Part shown: positions 48,080 to 58,332 of the stretch, one piece after another
Numbering within the stretch: the stretch's first letter is position 1
Layout of the letters: each line of letters opens with the position of its first letter
Source: an uncultured Patescibacteria group bacterium
Lineage (GTDB): Bacteria; Patescibacteriota; Patescibacteriia; UBA2591; CALHIP01
Reading direction: 5' to 3'
Assembly (NCBI GenBank): GCA_938030745.1
Contig: CALHIP010000001.1
Span: 3,817-67,816, forward strand
Length of the DNA: 64,000 bases
The notes under the pieces: generated by a model
Seen by the model: only the letters and a program-made list of their open reading frames with translations
The model's database searches: none
Told to the model about the DNA's origin: nothing
Position numbers and translations under genes: made by a program

Positions 48080-50230
48080 TTAGAAATGGATTAAATTAAG
48101 AACTGCCAACCCAACAGTCACAATTGAAGCCATTGCCATCAGTTTAATCAAGATATTAAGGGAAGGTCCAGCGGTATCTTTGAAAGGATCTCCAACTGTA
48201 TCACCAATAACACTTGCTTTATGTCCCAAAGAACCTTTTCCGCCAAGATTTCCTGCTTCAATATATTTTTTAGCATTATCCCAAGCAGCACCTGAATTAG
48301 CCATCATAATAGCTATGGCAAATCCACTCGCTAAAGCACCAATAAGAAATCCAACTACACCACTTACTCCTAAAATCAGTCCAATAATAATCGGAAAAAT
48401 AACGGCCATTAAAGAAGGAAATATCATTTCCCTTTGAGCTGCTTTAGTGGCGATATCGACAGCTTTACCATAATTAGGTGGAACCTCGCCAGTCATTATC
48501 CCTTTAATTTCTCTCCATTGTCGACGAACTTCTTCAACCAGATCTGCTGCTGCTCGGCCAACTGCTTTAAGAGTAAATGAGCAGAAAAAGAAAGGTACCA
48601 TTACTCCTAAGAACAATCCAGTTATGACTTTTGGATTAAGAAGATGAATTTGGTAGTAATATATCAAATCAGTAAACTTAACCTCAGCTAAAGGAATAAG
48701 TTTTTCTCCAATTTGAATGACTTTAACTCCAATTCTTTCTAAAGCAGCTATTACTTCTTGAAAATAAGCAGCGATTAAAGTAAGAGCAGTTAAAGCAGCT
48801 GAGCCAATAGCAAATCCTTTTCCAATCGCAGCTGTCGTGTTACCTAAAGCATCTAAAGCATCTGTTCTTTTCCTAACTTCTTCAGGCTGACCTGTCATTT
48901 GAGCATTACCTCCAGCATTATCAGCAATTGGACCATAGGCATCACTAGCTAAAGTAATTCCTAAAGTTGAAAGCATTCCTACCGCAGCAATACCAATTCC
49001 GTAAAGTCCTAAAGACGGATCTTTAAATCCACCAGCTAAACCGAAAGCTAAAAGAGTTGCAATCGCTACAGTAAGAATTGAGAAAAATGTAGTGTTCATT
49101 CCTAGAGAAAGTCCTTCAAGAATAACTGTAGCTGGTCCACCTTTTGATTGAGAAGCAAGCTCTTTTACTGGCTTGAAATTCGAAGAGGTGAAATATTCTG
49201 AGGATTTGCCAATAATTATTCCAGCTCCTAATCCAGAAAGAATTGAGCCGAAAAGACCTAAATGGTTTGGTAAAAAGAAATAAATAATCAAACCTGAACC
49301 TAAAACAATCAGGAAAGAAGAGAAATTAATTCCGCGAGAAAGAGCGTCTAAAAGATTTTTTTGAGTTGCCTCTTCTTTACTTCTCACCAGGAAAATGCCA
49401 ATTAAAGAGGAAATAATTCCTAAACTGGCAATCAACATTGGTAAAAAAACACCCTTTAGTCCTAAACCAGCGGTAACACCTAAAACCATTGCTGCTAAAA
49501 TTGAACCGACATAAGATTCATAAAGATCAGCACCCATACCAGCAACATCACCGACATTATCACCAACGTTATCAGCAATAACTGCTGGATTTCTTGGATC
49601 ATCTTCTGGAATTCCCTCTTCAACTTTTCCAACTAAATCAGCACCAACATCTGCTGCTTTGGTATAAATTCCGCCACCGACTCTGGCAAATAAAGCCTGC
49701 GATGAAGCACCAATTCCAAAGGCAAGCATTGTCGTTGTCACAGTGAAAAGATCATAACGAAGGATAATTCTAAGAACAGTAAACCAGATAGCAATATCAA
49801 GTAATCCCAAACCAACAACTAATAATCCCATTACTGCGCCGGAGTTGAAAGCAATCTTTAAAGCAGAATTTAAAGATTTTTTTGCTGCCTCGGTTACTCT
49901 TGAAGAATTTCCTGTTGATGTCATCATTCCAAGGAAACCACAAAGACCAGAGAAGAATCCGCCAGTTAAGAAGGCAAAAGGTACCCAAGGAGATTGGATT
50001 TTCAAGACAAAAGCAAGGAATGCAAAGAAAAGAGCAGCAAAGACAAAGAATATACTCACCGTTTTATACTGTCGCTTAAGATAAGCAATCGCTCCTTCTC
50101 TAATTGCGTCTTTAATCCTTATCATATTTTCATCACCAGCGGGTTGGCTCGTTGTGTAACGGTAAAGAAGAAAAGCAAATAAAAGAGCAATTAATGAACT
50201 AATTGGAACTAAATAAAAGAGATTTTCCAT
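48080..50230 (-). CDS. hppA: Membrane-bound ion-translocating pyrophosphatase (V-PPase), K+-dependent type
   Basis: 716 aa. [18 protein letters not shown] and [17 protein letters not shown]. The Ala in GNTTAA indicates the K+-dependent subfamily. Confidence 0.9.
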   Translation of the reverse strand: MENLFYLVPISSLIALLFAFLLYRYTTSQPAGDENMIRIKDAIREGAIAYLKRQYKTVSIFFVFAALFFAFLAFVLKIQSPWVPFAFLTGGFFSGLCGFLGMMTSTGNSSRVTEAAKKSLNSALKIAFNSGAVMGLLVVGLGLLDIAIWFTVLRIILRYDLFTVTTTMLAFGIGASSQALFARVGGGIYTKAADVGADLVGKVEEGIPEDDPRNPAVIADNVGDNVGDVAGMGADLYESYVGSILAAMVLGVTAGLGLKGVFLPMLIASLGIISSLIGIFLVRSKEEATQKNLLDALSRGINFSSFLIVLGSGLIIYFFLPNHLGLFGSILSGLGAGIIIGKSSEYFTSSNFKPVKELASQSKGGPATVILEGLSLGMNTTFFSILTVAIATLLAFGLAGGFKDPSLGLYGIGIAAVGMLSTLGITLASDAYGPIADNAGGNAQMTGQPEEVRKRTDALDALGNTTAAIGKGFAIGSAALTALTLIAAYFQEVIAALERIGVKVIQIGEKLIPLAEVKFTDLIYYYQIHLLNPKVITGLFLGVMVPFFFCSFTLKAVGRAAADLVEEVRRQWREIKGIMTGEVPPNYGKAVDIATKAAQREMIFPSLMAVIFPIIIGLILGVSGVVGFLIGALASGFAIAIMMANSGAAWDNAKKYIEAGNLGGKGSLGHKASVIGDTVGDPFKDTAGPSLNILIKLMAMASIVTVGLAVLNLIHF

Positions 50231-50280
50231 AATTACCTCCTTTTTAATTAAGTTTTTTATTTCGACCTTTTATTTTTTAA

Positions 50281-51363
50281 TTATTTTTTTTCTTTTTCAT
50301 TACCTTCTTTCTCAATCTCAATTTTCCAGCCAGTTAATTTTGTCACTAATCTAACATTTTGACCACCTTTACCAATTGCTAAAGATAATTGCTCAGGTCT
50401 AACCTTAACCTTAGCAATTTTTTTTTCTTCATCAATTATTTTTAAAGAACTAATTTTTGCTGGAGAGAAAGCATTGGCAATAAATTTAGCTGGATCTTCT
50501 TGATATTCGATAATGTCAATTTTTTCTCCACCTATTTCAGAAATAATTGTCTGAATTCTTGATCCTCTTGGCCCAATACAAGTGCCAACTGGATCAATAT
50601 TTTTTTCGCTAGTGGCAACAGCAACTTTTGAACGAGAACCTGCTTCGCGGGCAATATTTTTAATCTCAACAACACCGCTAGCAATTTCTGGAATTTCTAA
50701 TTTAAAAAGTTCTCGAATAATTTCTGGATGGGCGCGAGAAACAATTACCTCGGGCCCCTTAGATGTTTGTTTTACTTCTAAAACATAAACTTTTATTTTT
50801 TGGCCAGGTAAATATTTTTCTTCTTTTATTTGTTCATAAAAAGGCAAAATAGCTGTTACCTTTCCTAAATCAACAAGAACATTTCCTTTTTCTTTTCTTT
50901 GGATAATCCCAGATAAAATTTTTCCTTCTTTCCCTTTGAATTCTTCATAAATAACTTCCCTTTCTGCTTCCCGAAGTTTTTGAATAATCACCTGTTTAGC
51001 TGATTGGGCTGCCACTCTACCGAATTTAGATGGAACCTCAAGGGGGGTAATAATTTCATCACCAACTTTTACATCTTTTTTTATTTTTTTTGCCTCAGAT
51101 AAAGGAATCTCTTTTTTTGGATTAAACCTCCTTTGGGCCTCACCTTCTTTTATTCCATCTTCAACCACTGTTTTCAGATCAAAAACCTCCATCTTTCCAG
51201 TTTTGAGATCAAGTTTCACTTTTATATTTTGATCTTTTTTACCAAAATCTTTTCGATAGGCAACAGCTAAAGCATGCTCTATTGTTTGGAGAACCCTTTC
51301 TTTAGGAAGATTTTTTTCCTTACAAATCTCCTCAATCGTCGCAATTAAATTCTCCAATTCCAT
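50281..51363 (-). CDS. nusA: Transcription termination/antitermination factor NusA
   Basis: S1 plus two KH domains (GPRGSRIQ, IGKGGQNVRL). 360 aa. Confidence 0.85.
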   Translation of the reverse strand: MELENLIATIEEICKEKNLPKERVLQTIEHALAVAYRKDFGKKDQNIKVKLDLKTGKMEVFDLKTVVEDGIKEGEAQRRFNPKKEIPLSEAKKIKKDVKVGDEIITPLEVPSKFGRVAAQSAKQVIIQKLREAEREVIYEEFKGKEGKILSGIIQRKEKGNVLVDLGKVTAILPFYEQIKEEKYLPGQKIKVYVLEVKQTSKGPEVIVSRAHPEIIRELFKLEIPEIASGVVEIKNIAREAGSRSKVAVATSEKNIDPVGTCIGPRGSRIQTIISEIGGEKIDIIEYQEDPAKFIANAFSPAKISSLKIIDEEKKIAKVKVRPEQLSLAIGKGGQNVRLVTKLTGWKIEIEKEGNEKEKK

Positions 51364-51447
51364 AATTTTAAAAAATTAAAAACTAGTATTAATCCAACTA
51401 GTTTTTTCATTGAAATGATCTTAACAAAATATTTAAAAAAATCAAGT

Positions 51448-51807
51448 TTAGATTTCCACAGCTTGATAATGGCGGATAACTGGTTTTATGTTTTTTTTAA
51501 ATTCAATAGCTATTAAATCGACTCGCCAATTTTCATCTTTTATTTTCTTTTCCATTAGATAACTTTTAATTGTTTTCTTTAATTTTTTCTTTTTATAAAA
51601 ATTAAATTCTTCTTCTGGTAAACCAAAATAAGGATTAGTTTTTAATTTTACCTCAACAAAAACTAATTGATTCTTATCTTTAGCAATTATGTCTATTTCA
51701 CCGAATCTATTTTGGAAATTTTTCTCCAAAATTTTATATTTTTTTCTCTTCAAAAAATCTTCAGCTATTTCTTCACCAAACCTACCAATCTCTTTCTTTG
51801 TTGACAT
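51448..51807 (-). CDS. yraN: YraN/UPF0102 family endonuclease
   Basis: GEIDIIAKDKNQLVFVEVK. Confidence 0.7.
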   Translation of the reverse strand: MSTKKEIGRFGEEIAEDFLKRKKYKILEKNFQNRFGEIDIIAKDKNQLVFVEVKLKTNPYFGLPEEEFNFYKKKKLKKTIKSYLMEKKIKDENWRVDLIAIEFKKNIKPVIRHYQAVEI

Positions 51808-51813
51808 ACCAAA

Positions 51814-52374
51814 TTATTTTTTAAAAACAAGACCAAAATGATAAGGGCCAGCCTGAAATTCTCTTTCAAAGGAAAAACCAACTTTTTCAGCTAATTTTTT
51901 TACTTCTTCTGGCTTAACTCTCATTTCCAAGGGTGGTCCTAAAGGTGTTGCTGTCCTTACCCAGTCAGCAAAGAAGACTTTGCCACCATTTTTTAAAATT
52001 CTTAATGCTTCTTCTAAAATCTCCTTATGCTTCTTTGTCTGAAAAAATAAATTAGTAATGATCACAAAATCAATTGATTCATTTTCTATTTTTGTTGAAC
52101 CAGGAATCTCCAAATCAGCCCAGATTGTTTTGATGTTGTTTAAATTGTAAAACTTTGCCAATTCTTCAACCGATTGTAAAACATTCTTTAAAATATCAAT
52201 AGCATAAACAAAACCATCTTTTCCAACCAATCGGCTAGCTTGCAAGGTAAAATAAGCTCTTCCACCACAGCCAAAATCAGCTACTTTCATTCCCGCTTCA
52301 ATTCCTGCTTTTTTTAGAACTTCTTCAGCATTCATTAATTCTGCTCCACCAGGAATTTTTGAAATAATAACCAT
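51814..52374 (-). CDS. Class I SAM-dependent methyltransferase
   Basis: VADFGCGGRAYF motif I. Confidence 0.6.
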   Translation of the reverse strand: MVIISKIPGGAELMNAEEVLKKAGIEAGMKVADFGCGGRAYFTLQASRLVGKDGFVYAIDILKNVLQSVEELAKFYNLNNIKTIWADLEIPGSTKIENESIDFVIITNLFFQTKKHKEILEEALRILKNGGKVFFADWVRTATPLGPPLEMRVKPEEVKKLAEKVGFSFEREFQAGPYHFGLVFKK

Positions 52375-52378
52375 AATT

Positions 52379-52984
52379 TTATTTTAACCTAAAACTTCTT
52401 CGATGACAAGGAGAAGGACCATATTTTTTAATAAGATGGTAATGCTTTTTTGTTGGATACCCTTTATTCTGAGTAAATTGATATTTCGGAAATTTTTTAT
52501 CTAAATTTTCCATTATCTTATCTCTTTTTACTTTTGCTAAAATTGAAGCAGCACTGCAAGAAAAAATTTTCTTATCAGCATCAACAATTGATAAATAAGG
52601 AATTTTTAAATCATTTAAATTTATTTTTCCATCGACAATCAAAAAATCAGGTTTAATTTTTAGTTTCTTAATTGCCAATTTCATTACTTCTCGGTTAGCC
52701 CAAGAGATACCTTTTTGATCAATAAGTTTAGAACTTATTTTAGCAAAACTCCAATCAAGAGCAATTTTTTTAATCTCTTTAAATAATTTTTCTCTTAATT
52801 TTGGAGCAACTAATTTAGAATCATTAATTTTTTTTAAATTAATTTTTTTAACTTTTGATTTTTTAAAAATCACGGCTGCTGAAACAATTGGACCAGCTAA
52901 TGAACCTCGACCAGCTTCATCTAAACCAGCAATATATTTAAACCCTTTCTGCCAAATTTTTCTTTCAAACCTTAAATCTGGCAT
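52379..52984 (-). CDS. rnhB: Ribonuclease HII
   Basis: AGLDEAGRGSLAGPIV. Confidence 0.9.
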   Translation of the reverse strand: MPDLRFERKIWQKGFKYIAGLDEAGRGSLAGPIVSAAVIFKKSKVKKINLKKINDSKLVAPKLREKLFKEIKKIALDWSFAKISSKLIDQKGISWANREVMKLAIKKLKIKPDFLIVDGKINLNDLKIPYLSIVDADKKIFSCSAASILAKVKRDKIMENLDKKFPKYQFTQNKGYPTKKHYHLIKKYGPSPCHRRSFRLK

Positions 52985-52986
52985 CT

Positions 52987-53649
52987 TTAAAGAAGTTTAA
53001 AATTATTTATCTCTAAACCGAATTTATAACCTAAGTATTCAGCTGCTTTTCGGCAAAAAATCATTCTTTGGGTAAAGATTTCAAAATATTCCATAATTGG
53101 GCAGAATTTTGTATCAACTTTTAAGACCAATTTAATCTCCTTATTTTTTTTATTAATTTTTAGTCTTGAATCTTTTACTGCATAATTAACTCGATCGTGA
53201 AGATCTTTTTTAATTTTTTCTAAATCTTTTTCTCTTACTCTACTTCGGTGAACATCACTTTTATCAGCTAAAACGACAACTGCTGAGACTGGATTAGTAA
53301 ATTCCATTTCTGCTCGATCATGATTAGCAATTGCCTGAATAAGAATTGCCAATTCATTTGGTGAAAATTTTTCCTTAAAAAGCTGAGCAAAAATTATGGC
53401 TGCCCATAAATGATGACCCGAGCGATTAAGAAAGTTTCCTATATCATGACAAAAGCCAGCAATGGCAGAGAGTTCCTGTTCTTTTTTAGAAAGACCAATT
53501 TCTTTAGCAACATTTCTTGCTCGATCAGCAACCAAATTAGCATGTCTTATTCCATGATCAGTATGACCAATTGCATCTAAGGCCAAATCCGTTTGATAAA
53601 TAAACTCTAAAATGTAAGGATTTTTTTTAATTTGAGAAAGACTAAGCAT
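52987..53649 (-). CDS. HD-domain phosphohydrolase
   Basis: GFCHDIGN (HD motif) and additional His residues. Confidence 0.7.
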   Translation of the reverse strand: MLSLSQIKKNPYILEFIYQTDLALDAIGHTDHGIRHANLVADRARNVAKEIGLSKKEQELSAIAGFCHDIGNFLNRSGHHLWAAIIFAQLFKEKFSPNELAILIQAIANHDRAEMEFTNPVSAVVVLADKSDVHRSRVREKDLEKIKKDLHDRVNYAVKDSRLKINKKNKEIKLVLKVDTKFCPIMEYFEIFTQRMIFCRKAAEYLGYKFGLEINNFKLL

Positions 53650-53837
53650 ATTTTATTGAATCCTTATAATTTTACCATTTAAATAACGACAGCTAAGATA
53701 ATTAATTTGAGGTAATTTGAGGTGACAGTCACCTAAAGATGATCTTTTAGAAGCCTCATCAATATTAACTTATAAAGGGAAAAATTGAATTTGGCAAAAA
53801 TTTAATCAAATTTTTGTTTTCGGAAAATTTTCTTTTC

Positions 53838-53940
53838 TAATTTTATTTGGCAAAAATTTTTGCCATTTTTAAAAATTTTGCTTATTTGATAGATTTGATG
53901 CGGGTTTTACTTTATCACTTTTCGGTGACTGTCACCTTTT
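53838..53940. repeat. Intergenic element copy A, about 103 bp: TGGCAAAAATTTTTGCCA palindrome plus distal GGTGACTGTCACC palindrome
   Basis: About 93% identical to 60551..60654. Additional half-site copies (ATTTGGCAAAAATTT) at about 53790 and GGTGACAGTCACC at 53721-53733. Confidence 0.7.
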
Positions 53941-54328
53941 TAATTTCCATGATGTCTGAATGGGGTAGAAGGTCTATAGCAAAAAGTAAAATTAACCAAA
54001 AAATAATAATTATCGCCCATTGAAAAGGTAATAACTTTTGATGGTAAAAAAGGATCATCTTTTTCCTTAATTGTTGCAGTTGTTGAATTGCTCTCCAAAC
54101 AGCAGAATAGGCAGCAGACAATTGAGGTGAAGAAATTTTTTCTTCTGGAACTTTCTTAAAAGTTTTACTTAACATAGTGATTGTTACCGAGGGATTAAGA
54201 ATGTGATAAGCCCAGTTTTTAGTTTTTTCTATTTTCCGATAGTGCTCTTTTATGATTTCTCTAACTTCTTCAGTGATTTCAGGAATTAAAGTAGAAAGCC
54301 GATAGAGTAAAGAAAATAGAACTAACAA
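53915..54328 (-). CDS. Hypothetical membrane protein
   Basis: 137 aa ORF with a TM helix. Its 3' end overlaps the GGTGACTGTCACC palindrome, which would read VTVT. Confidence 0.3.
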   Translation of the reverse strand: MLVLFSLLYRLSTLIPEITEEVREIIKEHYRKIEKTKNWAYHILNPSVTITMLSKTFKKVPEEKISSPQLSAAYSAVWRAIQQLQQLRKKMILFYHQKLLPFQWAIIIIFWLILLFAIDLLPHSDIMEIKKVTVTEK

Positions 54329-54480
54329 TAATTTCTCGATACCCTTCTATCTGAAGGTTAAAGAAAAATATAAAAAGGGAATATAAAATAATAAAAATAA
54401 AAATTATAACTAGATAATTCCTCATATTTTTATTTTAACATCATAAGAGAAAAAAGCAATATTGCTCCGATGGAAAATGT

Positions 54481-54569
54481 CGGAGGTGGGAGGATTCGAA
54501 CCTCCGATCCGCCTAATGGCGGATAGTGGTTTTCGAGACCACCCCAATCGTCCACTCTGGCACACCTCC
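54481..54569 (-). tRNA. tRNA-Ser (anticodon CGA)
   Basis: Reverse complement reads GGAGGTGTGCCAGAGTGGACGATTGGGGTGGTCTCGAAAACCACTATCCGCCATTAGGCGGATCGGAGGTTCGAATCCTCCCACCTCCG. Long variable arm. Confidence 0.8.
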
Positions 54570-54607
54570 TTTTTAATTTTCTCAGATTTTAAAAGAAAAT
54601 CAATATT

Positions 54608-55834
54608 TTAAAGATTTATCATCAAACCAACAATTAACCAGAAAAGGATTGATAAATCATTTTTAAAATAAGGAGTATCAACTAATCCATGGATTAAAAT
54701 TACCACCATTGATGATAAAATGGCAATAATTAAGATTTTATCACTTTCCGCTAAATCTGGATTCCTGAATAATTTTTGAAATCCTAATTTAAAGAATTGA
54801 AAAATAATTAAGGCGAAAACAATTAAACCTAAAATACCCAATTCAGACCAAATAGCTAAAAACAAATTGTGCGGATAAGGATGAAATTCATTAGAAATTA
54901 TACCTTCAACTCCAGGTAAATAAAATGGTTTTTGATATTGGGGAATCAATTTTTGATAGCCACGAAGACCAGCACCAAAAATTGGTTGTTTTTTAATCAA
55001 TTTAATCGCTCCTTCCCAGATATTTACTCTTAATTGACCAGACAAATCTTTAAACGCAATTTTTTGCCAAAGATAATTTCGCTGAGGTGAGATAAATAAC
55101 AAATAATAAATGATAAATAATAAAATTAAAATAAAAATTAATCTTTGTTTTTTCTTAAAAGAAAATAAAAAAAAGAAAATTAAACCTATTGCTATTCCTA
55201 AAATTGCACCTTCACTTTTAGCAAAGATGATGGCTAAAATACTGAAAATAATTACCAATAACCAATAACCGATATTTAAAAAATTCAATTTATAATTTTT
55301 GATTAACTGACCAATGGCTAAAATCAATATTGGTCCGAGATATAGACCTAAAAAATTTGAATGTGGAAATGGGCCAGTTGAACGAATAATTGTCTTTAAA
55401 GGATATTGCCAACTCTCTAAACTTTCCATTCCTTGACCAGTTATTTTTTGCCAGATTGCAAAAGAAGAAATATAAAGAGCAGAAAAGCTCAGACTATAAA
55501 AGACAAAATTTAGATCTTTTTTTGTTTTAATTAAATCTAAAAAAACAATTAAAAATAAAATTGGTTCAAGAAAATAGGCTCGCCAATGACCTAAAGCTAA
55601 CCATTTATCAGGCGAAACAAAAACAGCAACAATCCCAATGATTAACCAGATAATAATAAATTTCCAATTGCCAATTGCCAATTGCCAACTACCAACCTTT
55701 ATTTTTTTTATTAACCACCAAAAGAATAAAGTCAAAATCATTATTTCTAGTAATGTAGTTGGCAGACCGAAAATTTTAAACCTGATTTGATAGGTTGGTA
55801 AACTAAATAAAATCAAAAACAAAAGCCACTTCAT
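54608..55834 (-). CDS. Polytopic membrane protein, O-antigen ligase/polymerase (Wzy_C)-like
   Basis: 408 aa, about 12 TM helices. Related in architecture to 20310..21626. Confidence 0.4.
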   Translation of the reverse strand: MKWLLFLILFSLPTYQIRFKIFGLPTTLLEIMILTLFFWWLIKKIKVGSWQLAIGNWKFIIIWLIIGIVAVFVSPDKWLALGHWRAYFLEPILFLIVFLDLIKTKKDLNFVFYSLSFSALYISSFAIWQKITGQGMESLESWQYPLKTIIRSTGPFPHSNFLGLYLGPILILAIGQLIKNYKLNFLNIGYWLLVIIFSILAIIFAKSEGAILGIAIGLIFFFLFSFKKKQRLIFILILLFIIYYLLFISPQRNYLWQKIAFKDLSGQLRVNIWEGAIKLIKKQPIFGAGLRGYQKLIPQYQKPFYLPGVEGIISNEFHPYPHNLFLAIWSELGILGLIVFALIIFQFFKLGFQKLFRNPDLAESDKILIIAILSSMVVILIHGLVDTPYFKNDLSILFWLIVGLMINL

Positions 55835-55886
55835 ATTTTAATTTTATCATTTAATCATTGATTGGTAAATTTAATTTGCTTTAAAA

Positions 55887-57443
55887 ATGGTTTGTGATAT
55901 AATAAAATTTATGGAAAAAGAAAAAAAATCAGCAAGTTGGCGAGAAATCATTGTCAGTATTATTGTTGCTTTTATTTTAGTTATTATTATCTCTTTTCTT
56001 TTAAGATTCTTAGAGAAACTTCTAGTTAAAGAAGCAGAGGCAAAAATTTTGGATTATCAGGCAAAAAGGATTGAACAAAATCCAGTTGAAGTTATCAATA
56101 TAGAAGCGAACAAATCAATTACTTTTTTAGTGAAATTTAAAAATGTTGGCCAGAAAGATTGGCTTAAAGGAAAAGTGGCTTTAAAAACTGCTACCCAAAA
56201 AAAGAGTTTATTTGCTCATCCTGATTGGCCAAGTCAAAATACTTGTTATATTGTTAAATGGGGAGTGCCAAAAAATACTGTTGGCACTTTTAAATTTGCT
56301 TTGAAGGCACCCCAAATAAATGGCCTTTATTGGGAGAAATTTCAATTATTTGTTGGTGATCAAAAAATTCAAGATGGAGAAATAGAAATTGGAATGAAAG
56401 TTTATGGAGGAAAAAATCCAGAACCTATTTTAGAGCAAGAATCTTCTAATGGTCTTTTTTGGCGATCTCTCTCTTCAGATTATCAGATCATCGAAGAAAA
56501 AAAATATGATCAGCAACCTCAAATTAAAGTCGGTCTTTTTTATGTTGAAAAAAAAGATGATCAAAACCAAGAAGGTATTTCTCGTTTACCAATTAAGATC
56601 AAAACTTTATATGGAGTTCCTTATCAGGTAAAAACGAAAAGTAATTATTTAATTTTAACTCAAACGAAAGGTGAAGAAACAGAAATAGATTTTAATTTTG
56701 AAAATAAAAGATACTTTATCAATGTCAATGGTCAAAGAATTGCTTCAACTGATGAATCAATAAAATTTATTCCTCTTTTTGATGGAACAATTTTCCAGAT
56801 TTCCTCATGGTATCGTGGTCCATTCTGGGGACAGGAAGTAAATGACAATGAATATCGGGGAACCTTAGAGATTCGTTTTAATCCAGTAACTAATCGTTTA
56901 TGGTTAATTAATGAATTACCAATTGAAGAATATTTAAAAGGTGTAGCTGAGGTTCAAGATTTTTATCCATTTGAAATGCTTAAAGCCCAAAAAATTGCTG
57001 CCCGAACTTATGCCTTTTTCCGCTATCTATTTCCAAAATATATTAAGGTTCCAGAAGGTGAAGATCCAATTTTTGCTGTAAGAGCAACCCAAGTTGATCA
57101 AGTTTATCGTGGCTATAAATGGGAATTACGTTCGCCAAATACACAAAAAGCAGTTGAAGAAACAAAAGGAATGGTAATTTTTTATGGCCAAGATCCAATT
57201 CTTGCCTATTATTTTGCTCAATCAGATGGTCGAACAAGATCTTCTTGTGAAGCAAAAATGACAAAAGAATGTTTACCCTATCTTGTCTCAGTTTTAGATC
57301 CGCCAGGTAAAGGAAAAACTTTAAAAGGTCACGGAGTAGGAATGCCACAACAAGGAGCAAAAGTAGCTGCTGAAGAAGGAGCGAATTTCCATCAAATTTT
57401 AAGATATTATTATCAAGGAGTGCAAATAAAAAAGATTTGGTAA
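55887..57443 (+). CDS. SpoIID/LytB-domain protein (peptidoglycan amidase enhancer-like)
   Basis: EEYLKGVAEVQDFYPFEMLKAQKIAARTYA matches the SpoIID/LytB signature. N-terminal TM anchor. Confidence 0.7.
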   Translation: MVCDIIKFMEKEKKSASWREIIVSIIVAFILVIIISFLLRFLEKLLVKEAEAKILDYQAKRIEQNPVEVINIEANKSITFLVKFKNVGQKDWLKGKVALKTATQKKSLFAHPDWPSQNTCYIVKWGVPKNTVGTFKFALKAPQINGLYWEKFQLFVGDQKIQDGEIEIGMKVYGGKNPEPILEQESSNGLFWRSLSSDYQIIEEKKYDQQPQIKVGLFYVEKKDDQNQEGISRLPIKIKTLYGVPYQVKTKSNYLILTQTKGEETEIDFNFENKRYFINVNGQRIASTDESIKFIPLFDGTIFQISSWYRGPFWGQEVNDNEYRGTLEIRFNPVTNRLWLINELPIEEYLKGVAEVQDFYPFEMLKAQKIAARTYAFFRYLFPKYIKVPEGEDPIFAVRATQVDQVYRGYKWELRSPNTQKAVEETKGMVIFYGQDPILAYYFAQSDGRTRSSCEAKMTKECLPYLVSVLDPPGKGKTLKGHGVGMPQQGAKVAAEEGANFHQILRYYYQGVQIKKIW

Positions 57444-57447
57444 GACC

Positions 57448-58332
57448 ATGAAATATATTGATTTACATCTTCACTCTTATTATTCTGATGGCATTTATTC
57501 ACCAAAAGATTTAGTCAAGAAAGCAAAAAAAGAAGGTTTTTCTATTATTTCCTTAACTGATCATCAAGTAATTGATGGAATCAAAGAGGCAATCAAAGAA
57601 GGAAAAAAATATCGAATTAAGATTATTCCTGGTGTTGAAATTAATACAAGATTTAAAAATTATTCCTTTCATCTATTAGGTTATGGAATTGATTTAAAAA
57701 ACAAAGAATTAAATTTAGTTCTTGAAAAAATGCAAAATGAAAGAAAGAAGAATGTTGAAAAATGTATTTTCCAACTAAAAAATCAGGGATTTGAAATTGA
57801 AGAAAATAAAGTTTTTAAAACACCATCAAAAGATATAGGATTAGGTTGGATTACAAGTTTTCTTTATCAAGGTAAAAATTGGAAAAAAATAAAAAATGAT
57901 TTTAAATTAAAAAGGGGGCAAATTATCACTCTACCAGAAATTTATAAAAAATATTTTCTCATCAATGGAAAAGAGATTCTTTCTCCTTCACAAATTCCTT
58001 TTGAGAGAGCTGTTTCTTTAATCAAAAAAGCTAATGGCTTAGTTGTTTTAGCCCATCCTTCTCAGCAACTCTCATGGTCTGATGATTGGCTTTTTCCAAT
58101 TTTAAAGAAGAAGGGTCTTGATGGAATTGAAGCAATCTCCTCTCATCATAACTGGTCTAATATCGAACATTATCAAAAAATTGCTAAAGAACTAAAGCTT
58201 TTAATTACAATTGGTTCTGATTATCACGGTGATCTACCTTTAAAATGGGGATTTCCAATTAAAAGTCTTTGGCAATATTTTAAAATTGAAATTAATAAAG
58301 AAATAAAAAAATTAATTGCTGTTCTCTCATAA
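57448..58332 (+). CDS. PHP-domain metal-dependent phosphoesterase
   Basis: IDLHLHSYYSDG is the N-terminal PHP motif. Confidence 0.75.
   Translation: MKYIDLHLHSYYSDGIYSPKDLVKKAKKEGFSIISLTDHQVIDGIKEAIKEGKKYRIKIIPGVEINTRFKNYSFHLLGYGIDLKNKELNLVLEKMQNERKKNVEKCIFQLKNQGFEIEENKVFKTPSKDIGLGWITSFLYQGKNWKKIKNDFKLKRGQIITLPEIYKKYFLINGKEILSPSQIPFERAVSLIKKANGLVVLAHPSQQLSWSDDWLFPILKKKGLDGIEAISSHHNWSNIEHYQKIAKELKLLITIGSDYHGDLPLKWGFPIKSLWQYFKIEINKEIKKLIAVLS

Noticed and set aside
53838-53858. Resemblance of TGGCAAAAATTTTTGCC to a sigma-54 (-24/-12, TGGCAC-N5-TTGCA) promoter
   Set aside because: - The GG-to-GC spacing is one nucleotide too long.
- The -24 element has A instead of C.
- The motif is a perfect palindrome, which fits a dimeric repressor site better.
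- Reduced CPR-type genomes usually lack rpoN.
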